DNA of 64,000 nucleotides, taken from IMG/VR virus record IMGVR_UViG_3300032401_001514, positions 65,629-129,628 of that record. One strand, given 5' to 3'. The position numbers and the translations under genes were made by a program. Under the pieces are notes generated by a model that did no database searches, was not told where the DNA came from, and was given only the letters and a program-made list of their open reading frames with translations. Origin of the DNA: a virus. Positions 55,298-63,999 of the stretch are shown piece after piece. The stretch's first letter is position 1; every line of letters starts with the position of its first letter.

Positions 55298-55660
55298 TTA
55301 TTTGTCGGTTAATATATCTTTATCATTATCCACTATGCCAGCCGCTTCTTCTTTCTTTTTAATATACCCGTTTATAATTTTATATACATGAGCTGATAAT
55401 AAACCGAGGGTCATACCAAAACACACTCTTGGCCAAAATGTTTGAAAATCTGTAGGCCACGTATAATTTTTCATCAAAGCAGCCATGATTCCGCCTGAGC
55501 CGATTGGACCCAAAGGCAATAAAATTTCTTTATAAACACGACTTTTTGCCATTTTCTTGAAATATAAAGAAATCACTTTGTTCTGAATGAAAACTAATAC
55601 GACAACAACGAAGCAAAAAACTGCGTTTGATAAATTTAAAATTTGGTCCAAGATGTCCAT
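55298..55660 (-). CDS. Small multi-TM membrane protein, holin candidate
   Basis: 120 aa with about 3 hydrophobic segments and a charged C-terminal tail. No endolysin was recognised in the window. Confidence 0.45.
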   Translation of the reverse strand: MDILDQILNLSNAVFCFVVVVLVFIQNKVISLYFKKMAKSRVYKEILLPLGPIGSGGIMAALMKNYTWPTDFQTFWPRVCFGMTLGLLSAHVYKIINGYIKKKEEAAGIVDNDKDILTDK

Positions 55661-55740
55661 GATGCTCCTAAAAATAGTTAGCGCTATTTAAATGTAGAAT
55701 TATGCGGGAGATTATACTATGAATATAGCAGAATAGTAAT

Positions 55741-56793
55741 ATGGCTCATCAGCTTAAAAGCTTAATTAACGATATTGCTCTATGTTCTGAGCACTTTGTT
55801 AAAACAGCCGGTATTCACCAAGGCCCTCCTGAATTATACAAAGATATTGCTCAGCTTATTACAAAAGTTTATGCCAATCATGTTCTTGGACTAATAAACG
55901 AAAATTCCATACGTTCAACTTCACAAGATTTAATTGAGCTTAAAAAAGAAGTTAGTAAATACGCAGATAAGCCAAAAGCTTACAGAAGCAAGATGTCTAC
56001 AGAAATACCAATAAATCTTGATAATTGGAGTCCTTATGAACAACTTTCAAAGAAACGCAAGCTATATGGCTGGAAAACCTTAAAAATAATAATTGATTTT
56101 CAAGGCCATTCTTTAAGATCTGGTTTAGCTAGGGCCGGAGAAATAGAAGTTGATATGACTCTTGTGCCACAAACAGCAAAAGGATTTCATCAATCTTTGG
56201 ACAAATTAAAATTAATAGCTAGACATGAAGTAGCTCATATCGGCCAATATATAATAAACAATATGTTAGGAAAACGTGAAGGCGGCCAACCTTCTCAAAA
56301 AATTCGCACAGATGATGAGAAGTTTAAAAACCTTGATAGGTCACAAAGAGCAAGATTAAAGAATGTTGAGTTTTATACTTATCTTGGTGACGCCGTAGAT
56401 GAATTTAAATCAAAAAGCAAAAATTTATCTCCAGAACAACGCAATGATTTGGCCAAGTATTTAGTAGCTCTTAAAGCATTTAGTCCAATAAAAACTACAA
56501 CAGATGCTCAAATATACTTTCAAACACTCAGAAAATATGCGCCAGATAAATGGAAGAAAGCCGTCAAAGAATTCTTTAAAGCCATTGAGCCAGAGCTAAA
56601 AGAATATCAGGAAAAACGTAAAGGCGAAATCCCAGGCGAACGCACTGAGCCAATCTGGTCTATCGGTAAAATGATGAAATCCGTTCAGGATTATAATAAG
56701 CTTCTTTCAAAAGATCCTAACTCAAAGGAAGCTAAAGATCTTCTAAAGGCTCTTGAATATCAGGAATCTCTTCGACAACGGCTGGTTCGATAG
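55741..56793 (+). CDS. Hypothetical protein with HExxH zincin-like motif
   Basis: 350 aa; IARHEVAHIGQ with a downstream NVEFY. Confidence 0.55.
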   Translation: MAHQLKSLINDIALCSEHFVKTAGIHQGPPELYKDIAQLITKVYANHVLGLINENSIRSTSQDLIELKKEVSKYADKPKAYRSKMSTEIPINLDNWSPYEQLSKKRKLYGWKTLKIIIDFQGHSLRSGLARAGEIEVDMTLVPQTAKGFHQSLDKLKLIARHEVAHIGQYIINNMLGKREGGQPSQKIRTDDEKFKNLDRSQRARLKNVEFYTYLGDAVDEFKSKSKNLSPEQRNDLAKYLVALKAFSPIKTTTDAQIYFQTLRKYAPDKWKKAVKEFFKAIEPELKEYQEKRKGEIPGERTEPIWSIGKMMKSVQDYNKLLSKDPNSKEAKDLLKALEYQESLRQRLVR

Positions 56794-57298
56794 GCTGTTC
56801 TTTGCTTAATTGATTCAAACTATATTTCAATCCAAAATGCAAATTGCCGGGCATACTATCTGCCGTAAACCATTTTGCTTCATCATTTTCCCAGTTCAAT
56901 TTAATTGATGGCGTCCAATGTAATTTCTCTTTCAAAGTTATATTGAATACATACGTTTTATAAGTAAATGAGCCGTCTGTAAACATTGTGGTATTTACTA
57001 ACTTATCAGTCCATGGTAAAGATCCAAGTTCTTCTTCAGCCTCCCTTTGCGCTGATTCTAAAAATACTTTATTTGGAGGATCCTTTTCTCCGTGGACATT
57101 AGCATGAAATCCTTCTCCAACTGCCCCTCCCGCAATGCCCCATGTCCCAGGCTGTTCAACAGATCTAGAACGCTTCAAAAGTAACATTGTATTATCTTCT
57201 GCACAAACAAAAAGAATACCAGATGCTTTTTTGCCCCAATACTGAGTTGCAGCAGACAAAAATAACTCTGCACACTTGATTAAAATATCTACAATCAT
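56732..57298 (-). CDS. NUDIX hydrolase
   Basis: Nudix box with a short insertion (GTWGIAGGAVGEG...LESAQREAEEELG). The ATG at 57298 is preferred over the 57403 start in the track. Confidence 0.85.
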   Translation of the reverse strand: MIVDILIKCAELFLSAATQYWGKKASGILFVCAEDNTMLLLKRSRSVEQPGTWGIAGGAVGEGFHANVHGEKDPPNKVFLESAQREAEEELGSLPWTDKLVNTTMFTDGSFTYKTYVFNITLKEKLHWTPSIKLNWENDEAKWFTADSMPGNLHFGLKYSLNQLSKEQPIEPAVVEEIPDIQEPLEDL

Positions 57299-57341
57299 AT
57301 TTTTAATATCGAAAAAGTAGCTGATATATGCTAGGTCAGTT

Positions 57342-57557
57342 ATGAGCAGAAAATTTCTTACAATTGAAAATATGCACGAAATTGCAAAAATCAAAAATGG
57401 CAAATGTTTATCAACTGAATATACAAATTATGATACTAAACTTCAATTCGAATGTAAAAATAAACATGTTTGGGAGGCCTCATTCGATTCATTAAAAAGC
57501 GGACGGTGGTGCCCAAAATGTAGAGACGTTTATATTAATGCAGGGTTGATGTTGTGA
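57342..57557 (+). CDS. Small zinc-ribbon protein, possibly a truncated endonuclease remnant
   Basis: 71 aa; GKCLSTEY...FECKNKHVW...GRWCPKC. The 3' end overlaps the neck gene antisense by 28 nt. Confidence 0.55.
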   Translation: MSRKFLTIENMHEIAKIKNGKCLSTEYTNYDTKLQFECKNKHVWEASFDSLKSGRWCPKCRDVYINAGLML

Positions 57558-59161
57558 GAATGCCCTAAAACAGTCTGTATTACCCCATTTACAATAGGAT
57601 GATTGTGGGCGCCCTGTCCAACTGGTGGATTAACACTGGTGGTTTGATTTATTTGAACTAACGAAAGAATGTTTTCGTTAACAACTAAATTATGTGTATG
57701 TGGGGCTATTCCTCCAGGACCAGGCACAAACCCAATGTCAGTAGTAATAACACGAGGTATTGTTGAAGTATCACGAATCGCACGCCATTGACAAATAGGA
57801 TCTAATTTACGAATACGTTGTGCTGTAAATTTTTGTCCGCCAGAATCGCTGAACATTAATTTGTTACGAGTGACTCCTAGAATTTCGTATCTAAACTCTT
57901 CTGTTCCGTCAAGATTAAATCTGATGATGAAGTCGCGATTCTTCACAGCGGGTATAACTAATGTCCAACAATCCGGTATCAACTCGGATTCCAACCCAAC
58001 ATCCTGCATTTTCAGATCTTCTTTGGTTGGGCCGAATCTAACCATAATCCTACCATCACTTCTACGAGGATTAAAATATTGATCATAACCGGTAACAAAA
58101 CCTGTGCCAAAGCATACTGGGCAACGCGGCTCAGGATGCTCTCTATTAATTTCATAGCAGCTACAAACAACACCTTTCCAAAGTCTACGAACCAAAACGA
58201 CAGGTTCACCAGTAAGGTCAAGTAACATCTCTTCTCGTCTATCGCTTTGTTGTGCCAGGCTCATATTTCTAATTTGATTTCCGACGCCTTCATAACCATC
58301 GGCACAGAAGTTCTCTCCGCCAATATATGAATCCAAACACATCCCATTGAATAAATCAGCAGGATTTGTTCTGTGCCATCCTACATAATCATACGCCGGA
58401 AAATCCACTCTGTCTGCGTCACTAGCTTCTAAATTAGTGGTTAATAAATCTTGTAATCTTTCTTTATATCCATCAGCATTTGTTCTAGCAAAATTAGGAT
58501 CATTAAATGTGCTCTGTTCCTGATTAACAAAATTGTTTCCATCCTCGAACCCAATAAAGAAATGAGCCAATGGATTATCATAATATTTTATTCCGTCATA
58601 TCCATCAACCGTATGTAATCGAGGCACAGTTCCTAAAAACCCTCTTTCTCCAACAATTAAATTATTGGCAGGAATGTCTTTAGAAATATACCTAATTAAT
58701 TCGCTTCCAATAACTACAACTCCGTATGCTGGAAATATATTAATATCATCTATTGGAACTAACATATCTGAGTCAGTAATATCACTAAGAAGCATGCTTT
58801 CTGGATAAATTTTTAAACCAGTATTATAACCATCACCATCTTGAAGCAGATTTGGATTAAACCATAATAAATCATATTCCATTGCTCTTACGGCGAAATA
58901 GAACATATCACCAGGAGTAAAATCTTGTATATAAGCAGATCTTCCAGTTATATTTAATGAAACAAACTTTGGGCCTTCTGCAAATATAGACTCTCTTCTT
59001 GTGGAGAAATAAATATTGTAAGCTATTTGTAAATTGTTATTATCAGGAAATGCTTGTTCCCAAAATATAGACATAGTATAACCGTCACCCAATGAATTGA
59101 CGGTATTAAGCCCTCGTTTCACTGAAGGTAAATATTGTGGAATATACTGTACACAAACCAT
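57530..59161 (-). CDS. Neck/head-closure protein with N-terminal FN3-like extension and C-terminal HxH repeats
   Basis: 543 aa; core GEPVVLVRR...CSC...CPVCFGTGFVTGY...RDFII...RYEI; N-terminal WEQAFP...YNIYF...YFAVRA; 5 DGY. Confidence 0.65.
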   Translation of the reverse strand: MVCVQYIPQYLPSVKRGLNTVNSLGDGYTMSIFWEQAFPDNNNLQIAYNIYFSTRRESIFAEGPKFVSLNITGRSAYIQDFTPGDMFYFAVRAMEYDLLWFNPNLLQDGDGYNTGLKIYPESMLLSDITDSDMLVPIDDINIFPAYGVVVIGSELIRYISKDIPANNLIVGERGFLGTVPRLHTVDGYDGIKYYDNPLAHFFIGFEDGNNFVNQEQSTFNDPNFARTNADGYKERLQDLLTTNLEASDADRVDFPAYDYVGWHRTNPADLFNGMCLDSYIGGENFCADGYEGVGNQIRNMSLAQQSDRREEMLLDLTGEPVVLVRRLWKGVVCSCYEINREHPEPRCPVCFGTGFVTGYDQYFNPRRSDGRIMVRFGPTKEDLKMQDVGLESELIPDCWTLVIPAVKNRDFIIRFNLDGTEEFRYEILGVTRNKLMFSDSGGQKFTAQRIRKLDPICQWRAIRDTSTIPRVITTDIGFVPGPGGIAPHTHNLVVNENILSLVQINQTTSVNPPVGQGAHNHPIVNGVIQTVLGHSHNINPALI

Positions 59162-59685
59162 TAAAGCCTACGCATTGCTAAATGTAAAAGGTCTTTCCTT
59201 TTCTTCATTCGTTCTTTTGGATCTTCTACTTCATGATGATCTAAAACCTTATCAATATATTTCTCTGCCGACTCATCCCCTCTTGTTTGAGAAAGATATT
59301 CAGTTTGATTTTGAAACCCTTCTTGTTCAAATTTATTGTCTAAATACTGTCCATCAGATGCTCCCTTCGTAGGTTTTGTGCCCGTAGTTTGTTGAAGGAA
59401 ATGAACAAGTTCATGAACAAAATAATGATCGTTTTTATCAAGATCACCATCTTCTAACAATTTATAATTTAAAAAAATTGATCCATGATCAGTATTGGCT
59501 GAAACATCGATATTAGCAAAAGCAATTGGAACCAAATCTAATTCATCAATATCAACGCCATATTCTTCAAACATATCCGTGACAACCTCATTATCGCGTA
59601 TCTTATTCTTTAGTTTATTAATCATTTCAAGCAATTTAGATTTTGGTATCTTATCAATTTCTTCTGAAGATAATTTTTTTGACAT
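59161..59685 (-). CDS. Small HExxH zincin-like protein
   Basis: 174 aa; YFVHELVHFLQQ with a downstream EQEGF. Confidence 0.6.
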   Translation of the reverse strand: MSKKLSSEEIDKIPKSKLLEMINKLKNKIRDNEVVTDMFEEYGVDIDELDLVPIAFANIDVSANTDHGSIFLNYKLLEDGDLDKNDHYFVHELVHFLQQTTGTKPTKGASDGQYLDNKFEQEGFQNQTEYLSQTRGDESAEKYIDKVLDHHEVEDPKERMKKRKDLLHLAMRRL

Positions 59686-59724
59686 ATTAAACCTATTATA
59701 AATGTGTAAATATTCAATATATTT

Positions 59725-59949
59725 CTATTTCTTTACTATCCATTCTTTAAAAACTGAGCATCCACGGCATATATAATCAATTCTAGGAAGTTCATAATTG
59801 TTTATGGCCGAGCAAACTTTACATGTAAGATACCCAGTTTCTTCAGTTGGTTGCTTCTTTTCTTGTACGACTTCTTCGCTTTTATCATCAACATTATAAG
59901 CGTCATCGTTCTCAAATAATTCTAATTGAAACGGTACAAGCCACGGCAT
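59725..59949 (-). CDS. Small Zn-finger protein
   Basis: 74 aa; CKVC...CRGC. Confidence 0.55.
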   Translation of the reverse strand: MPWLVPFQLELFENDDAYNVDDKSEEVVQEKKQPTEETGYLTCKVCSAINNYELPRIDYICRGCSVFKEWIVKK

Positions 59950-59974
59950 AATATAATACAGTTTTATTAGCGCA

Positions 59975-60322
59975 TTACGGTTTTGGATTAGGACATGGAG
60001 CAGGATTTAATTTAAACAACTGATAATGATTACCACATCTTTTGCAATTACCAGCCATGGGCGCATAAGAACCTCTTAGTGTAGATCCTACTCTTGCTTT
60101 TGTAGAAAATTCTCCATCGGCTGACCATTCATGAGTCTGACTATACTGTGATATTAATATGAGCTTATTGTGCTTTTCTAATTTTTGAAGCCGTTTATAT
60201 TCAAACTGCTCAGTAATAGTCATTTTGTTATAATCTTTCTTTATTACCATTGGTGCCGCAGCTTCTTTCGGTTTGATTTCATCTTCCAAACCATCAATAG
60301 CTGAACCAGATAATATATTCAT
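59975..60322 (-). CDS. Hypothetical protein with C-terminal Cys/His cluster
   Basis: 115 aa; HEW...CKRCG...CP. Confidence 0.55.
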   Translation of the reverse strand: MNILSGSAIDGLEDEIKPKEAAAPMVIKKDYNKMTITEQFEYKRLQKLEKHNKLILISQYSQTHEWSADGEFSTKARVGSTLRGSYAPMAGNCKRCGNHYQLFKLNPAPCPNPKP

Positions 60323-60588
60323 TATAATCTTGACTGAATTAAATCTGCTATATGCCTAAAAGCGTCTAATTCTTCTGGAGCAAAATCATCTAAAGATCTA
60401 TTCGGCATTATTTTTACATACGAATGATCTCTATCATAATTAACATAAACATTGCATTTGTTAATATTTGCTCCATGCTTGAGAAGCAAAGTCTCTGTAT
60501 CATTTCTTAAAATTTCCTCTGGAATATATTCATTCCACGAAAACTTAATTAACGCATCATAAACCATTTTAGGTGGTTCTTGTTTCAT
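60322..60588 (-). CDS. Hypothetical protein
   Basis: 88 aa with SD AGGA. Confidence 0.55.
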   Translation of the reverse strand: MKQEPPKMVYDALIKFSWNEYIPEEILRNDTETLLLKHGANINKCNVYVNYDRDHSYVKIMPNRSLDDFAPEELDAFRHIADLIQSRL

Positions 60589-60596
60589 ATTTCTTC

Positions 60597-60803
60597 CTAT
60601 TTATAAAGTTTTAATATAACCGCTTCTTCTGCACTAAGAGGCATGCCAGTCTTACGCATACATATAACCTCATCACATGTATATTTAGTAAAAATTAGCT
60701 CATAATAATCGGGGCCATACGGAAAATGATAATTAAGATAGTTTATAACCAAATCAAGATTATTATGCAAATCTTCACATAATTGTTTGTTATTAATTAA
60801 CAT
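60597..60803 (-). CDS. Hypothetical protein
   Basis: 68 aa, tightly packed. Confidence 0.45.
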   Translation of the reverse strand: MLINNKQLCEDLHNNLDLVINYLNYHFPYGPDYYELIFTKYTCDEVICMRKTGMPLSAEEAVILKLYK

Positions 60804-60808
60804 TTAAT

Positions 60809-62692
60809 TTACAAAGAAAGATTAAGAACGTGCCATTGAAGACCGTCACCGTCATCAGCATCAAAATAACATAATTTAGCATAATTTAAATTTGCAGGTA
60901 TAGCAGTCTCAAGAACAATAATTGGAACCGCATCTGGTCTTAATAACGTAATTGAATATGTCATGGATAAATTAATACACTCAATTATTGATCCAAGAGC
61001 CGCCCCAGTATTACTTATTGTATAATTACGCGGAGTTGTAATTGTTAAGTCACGAGCAATAAGTATATCAGTTGTTGTTATTAAATAAGTCGAATTCGTA
61101 TTTGTTCCGTATGTAACTCTATATTTTATTCTGCCAGCTGATGAAAGAATAACTTGAGAAGAAACGCTAATATCACCAGCAGGAGCGGCAATAGAGATAT
61201 CACCTGATGTACTTTGGATATCAACATCATTAACACCTGCTGTAATAGAAATTCCACTACCATATATTTGCGCAAGATCAGTGTCGCTAGAAAGAAGCAA
61301 ACTATTTTCGGAGCTAACGCTCATGATATTATCTGATCTAATAAAGAAAAAATCATTGCCTGTAATAGAAATGTCATCACCGGCAGATACAGTTATATCA
61401 TTTGATGATGATATGACGGCACTATTAGCTCCCAACAATAATTGACCTGTAGATCCATTTAAAACTATAAGTCCGGAATTATTGCTCTGTATTCCAACAG
61501 CATTATTACCAGCACTAATTGTCAAATCACTTTTGTTATTAAATAAATTATTATTTGTACTTTCTTCCCATATGCCAGATCCGTTATTATTAACAAGCTG
61601 CTCGAATACTGATGGAACCCTTATTGTTCCAGTGTTGTTTGCGATTGAAATAATTGGCGTTCCAGCAGTAAATGTAACAAGAGCGAATATATAACTATTT
61701 CCGTCAGTTCCTATTAAATTATTACCTTTAATAGAAACTGTCATTGTTCCAGTTATAAGTACAAAACAATTCTTGGTTGCGTTCGTACTGTCTGCCAACG
61801 CTTCCGTTCCAAATGCCCGCCCATTACATCCATTTATTATCAATTTATCATTTATATTTGCCGGATCATATTTGACAATAGACGTAAATCCATCAAATGT
61901 ACAATTTTCAAATATTAACGTTGATTCATTAGCGGTAGTATTGGTAAACCCAGCAGCATACAAAGTTTTTGTTCTTCCAAAACCGGGACCAGCACCAAGT
62001 GTTCCCATTTTGCCCAAAAAAGCAGTATGAGTACAAATTACATATGATCCGGTTTGACATCTAATCATTGGTACAGTTGTCATGCACGCAGCGCCAGAAT
62101 TAACATATCCGTCTAAATTATCCGCAAGAACAATATTAAAAAACTGGCTCTTATCCAACGGGTATTTTGCCAAAATGCCATCAGAACTTATTTGCGGCCT
62201 ATCTGTGGCGCTATTCATTATGAACATCGGCTGCTCAATTACTTCGCCCTGAAGAATAGTGCCTCCCATTTCGCCCATAATAACAAACCCTGACGGAACA
62301 GTAACCGTTGTTTTTAAACGATAGGTTCCTGCCTTTACTAAAATCACTCCGCCATTCGCTAATCTAGGATGAATAAATGCATCATTAAAAGCACTTGATA
62401 CGTCTTCCCCACTTCCAACAACGAAATCAGCATGCTGGGTATCATACCCATCACCAATTGTTATAAATCCTTGGCCCGTTGTATTTAAGAATGTGGTAAT
62501 TTTTTCTAAAGTTGCCTGAACTGTTGCAGCATTGAATATACCGTTATCAATACTTATAGCCGGATTCATGTCCGTTTGATCGGAAGTGTGCCGCCACCCA
62601 TTTCCTTGTGCGTGAGCTTTAAAATCTTGTAAATGAGTGGCTGCGAAACCACCTTCACGAAGCCTTCCTGATCCTTTAAATGGTACGCTCAT
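60809..62692 (-). CDS. Fibre/tailspike-like protein with pectin-lyase-type beta-helix
   Basis: 627 aa; AFNDAF...GGVILVKAGTYRL beta-helix cap, VQATLEKI fibre motif, repetitive C-terminal ISITAG strands; 2 DGY. Confidence 0.68.
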   Translation of the reverse strand: MSVPFKGSGRLREGGFAATHLQDFKAHAQGNGWRHTSDQTDMNPAISIDNGIFNAATVQATLEKITTFLNTTGQGFITIGDGYDTQHADFVVGSGEDVSSAFNDAFIHPRLANGGVILVKAGTYRLKTTVTVPSGFVIMGEMGGTILQGEVIEQPMFIMNSATDRPQISSDGILAKYPLDKSQFFNIVLADNLDGYVNSGAACMTTVPMIRCQTGSYVICTHTAFLGKMGTLGAGPGFGRTKTLYAAGFTNTTANESTLIFENCTFDGFTSIVKYDPANINDKLIINGCNGRAFGTEALADSTNATKNCFVLITGTMTVSIKGNNLIGTDGNSYIFALVTFTAGTPIISIANNTGTIRVPSVFEQLVNNNGSGIWEESTNNNLFNNKSDLTISAGNNAVGIQSNNSGLIVLNGSTGQLLLGANSAVISSSNDITVSAGDDISITGNDFFFIRSDNIMSVSSENSLLLSSDTDLAQIYGSGISITAGVNDVDIQSTSGDISIAAPAGDISVSSQVILSSAGRIKYRVTYGTNTNSTYLITTTDILIARDLTITTPRNYTISNTGAALGSIIECINLSMTYSITLLRPDAVPIIVLETAIPANLNYAKLCYFDADDGDGLQWHVLNLSL

Positions 62693-63555
62693 GTAATATC
62701 CATAAATTGTTTTGCTATTTTGTATTTTCTGTTTAAATACAAACCATTATCTTCAATAATAATATCTTTATATAACCATTTAATTATTTGTTCAGATATA
62801 TTATTTCCATTAAATTGAAGCCTGTGAGCGCCAGAATCAAAACTTATTTTTTTATTATTTGATACTAATGGGCAATTTTCGGCCATTATATACAAATATT
62901 TTTCAAGAAAATCTTTAGATCCCCTAATATTAAAAGTTGTTTGCCCATTGCTATGTGAAAACCCACCATCTCCATCAAAATACCCTCGGCAAAACACATT
63001 AAGAACATCATCATTTATTTGCGTCGGAAAAATTTCTCTCTGAGATTTTCTTTCTGTTAAACCTATTAATTTAACTGCTTCAACTAATTTTACAGAAGAA
63101 ATGTGCATGTAATATACAACTGAATCATTCCATTTTAAATTTCTTTTGCTGTTTTTAACTATTCTTTTATATATAGGCAATGTAGGCCCAATAACATTTT
63201 TAAGCTTTTCTAAATGATCAAAATCTTTAATATCTAGCCCTATATAGCCATTTTTATTTAAATATCCATCTGCTAATAAAAACCCAAACCAATAAGCAGC
63301 TTCAGGAGAGGATAGATCATTAAAAAACTCTTCATTTAAAATGTATTTTCTATACGCCTTTCTATGTCCATAATTACCTATTTTGATGCTATTTTCTTTT
63401 AAAATTAATCTTATACTGGTCTCATTAGTGTGATATAATCTGGCAAGTTTTCTAATGGTTATAACCTTTTTATAATTTGTTTTTAGCTCTTCGATGGCAT
63501 CTTTGTTAGTGATTGTATTTAGCAGCTTTTGTTTTAATTCTAAATATTTCGTCAT
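62689..63555 (-). mobile_element. Free-standing double-motif LAGLIDADG homing endonuclease gene
   Basis: 288 aa; AAYWFGFLLADGY and VFCRGYFDGDG; N-terminal HTH-like segment; ATGA overlap with the fibre gene. Confidence 0.88.
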
Positions 63556-63573
63556 TTATACTGTTGATCAAAC

Positions 63574-63593
63574 GGGCCTTCACGAAGACGCCC
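63574..63593 (-). promoter_or_regulatory. GC-rich hairpin upstream of the LAGLIDADG gene (translational control or weak terminator)
   Basis: Minus strand GGGC-GT-CTT-CGTG-AAG-GCCC followed by GTTTG, ending about 18 nt before the ATG. Confidence 0.35.
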
Positions 63594-63625
63594 ACTACCT
63601 GTAAAACGAGATGTCATATTAAAAA

Positions 63626-63638
63626 ATGCTCAAATATC
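63626..63638 (-). promoter_or_regulatory. Variant of recurrent motif GATATTTGAGCAT (candidate late promoter)
   Basis: Intergenic, on the coding strand, upstream of the LAGLIDADG/fibre operon. Confidence 0.3.
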
Positions 63639-63693
63639 GATAGATATTATTCGTTTTACTATTTCACATTTGTGCTTAAATAAAGACTGTACT

Positions 63694-63999
63694 TTACGGG
63701 GTTCTCCATAAAACTTCTGGAGCAATATCTGGAACAACCGTGAGGCTAAGCGTCCCCGCAACAGGGGTTGTATACACGTTTCCAGTATTGCCGGGCATAG
63801 CCATCCCAGCTATTTCCGTAGGGGCACACGCAAAGTATTTACCAGCAGCTATAGCTCCCACACGAGGATGGTTGTACGCAGTTGCATCGTTGCCGTTAGA
63901 GTCGTCTCTTACCGCTGAAGAGCTTACCGTGCCGGTGCCGTTCATGCGTGCCACCTTGAGCTGGTGGCGACCCGGATCTGTTCCAACGAGCTGTGTACC
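63694..63999 (-). CDS. Partial CDS entering from the right edge; probable abundant structural protein
   Basis: The frame is open to the window end (GTQLVGTDPGRHQLKVARMNGTG...); 61% GC over the last 100 nt. Confidence 0.55.
   Translation of the reverse strand, partial: GTQLVGTDPGRHQLKVARMNGTGTVSSSAVRDDSNGNDATAYNHPRVGAIAAGKYFACAPTEIAGMAMPGNTGNVYTTPVAGTLSLTVVPDIAPEVLWRTP

Noticed and set aside
57299-57403. Longer NUDIX start at 57403 given in the ORF track
   Set aside because: It would overlap the divergent zinc-ribbon ORF, and the extension is low-information. The ATG at 57298 fits better.
15423-62692. DGY enrichment as a DNA-level repeat or mobile sequence
   Set aside because: Synonymous codons differ between copies and the flanking DNA is unrelated; the motif is always in frame.
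63250-63300. DGY in the LAGLIDADG protein (LLADGY)
   Set aside because: It is part of the LAGLIDADG catalytic helix, so it was excluded from the DGY count.
62652-63587. 11-bp sequence CCTTCACGAAG on both sides of the LAGLIDADG gene (62652-62662 and 63577-63587) as a target-site duplication
   Set aside because: One copy is 30 nt inside the fibre coding sequence, neither is flush with the gene ends, and homing endonucleases do not make TSDs. It is probably chance.
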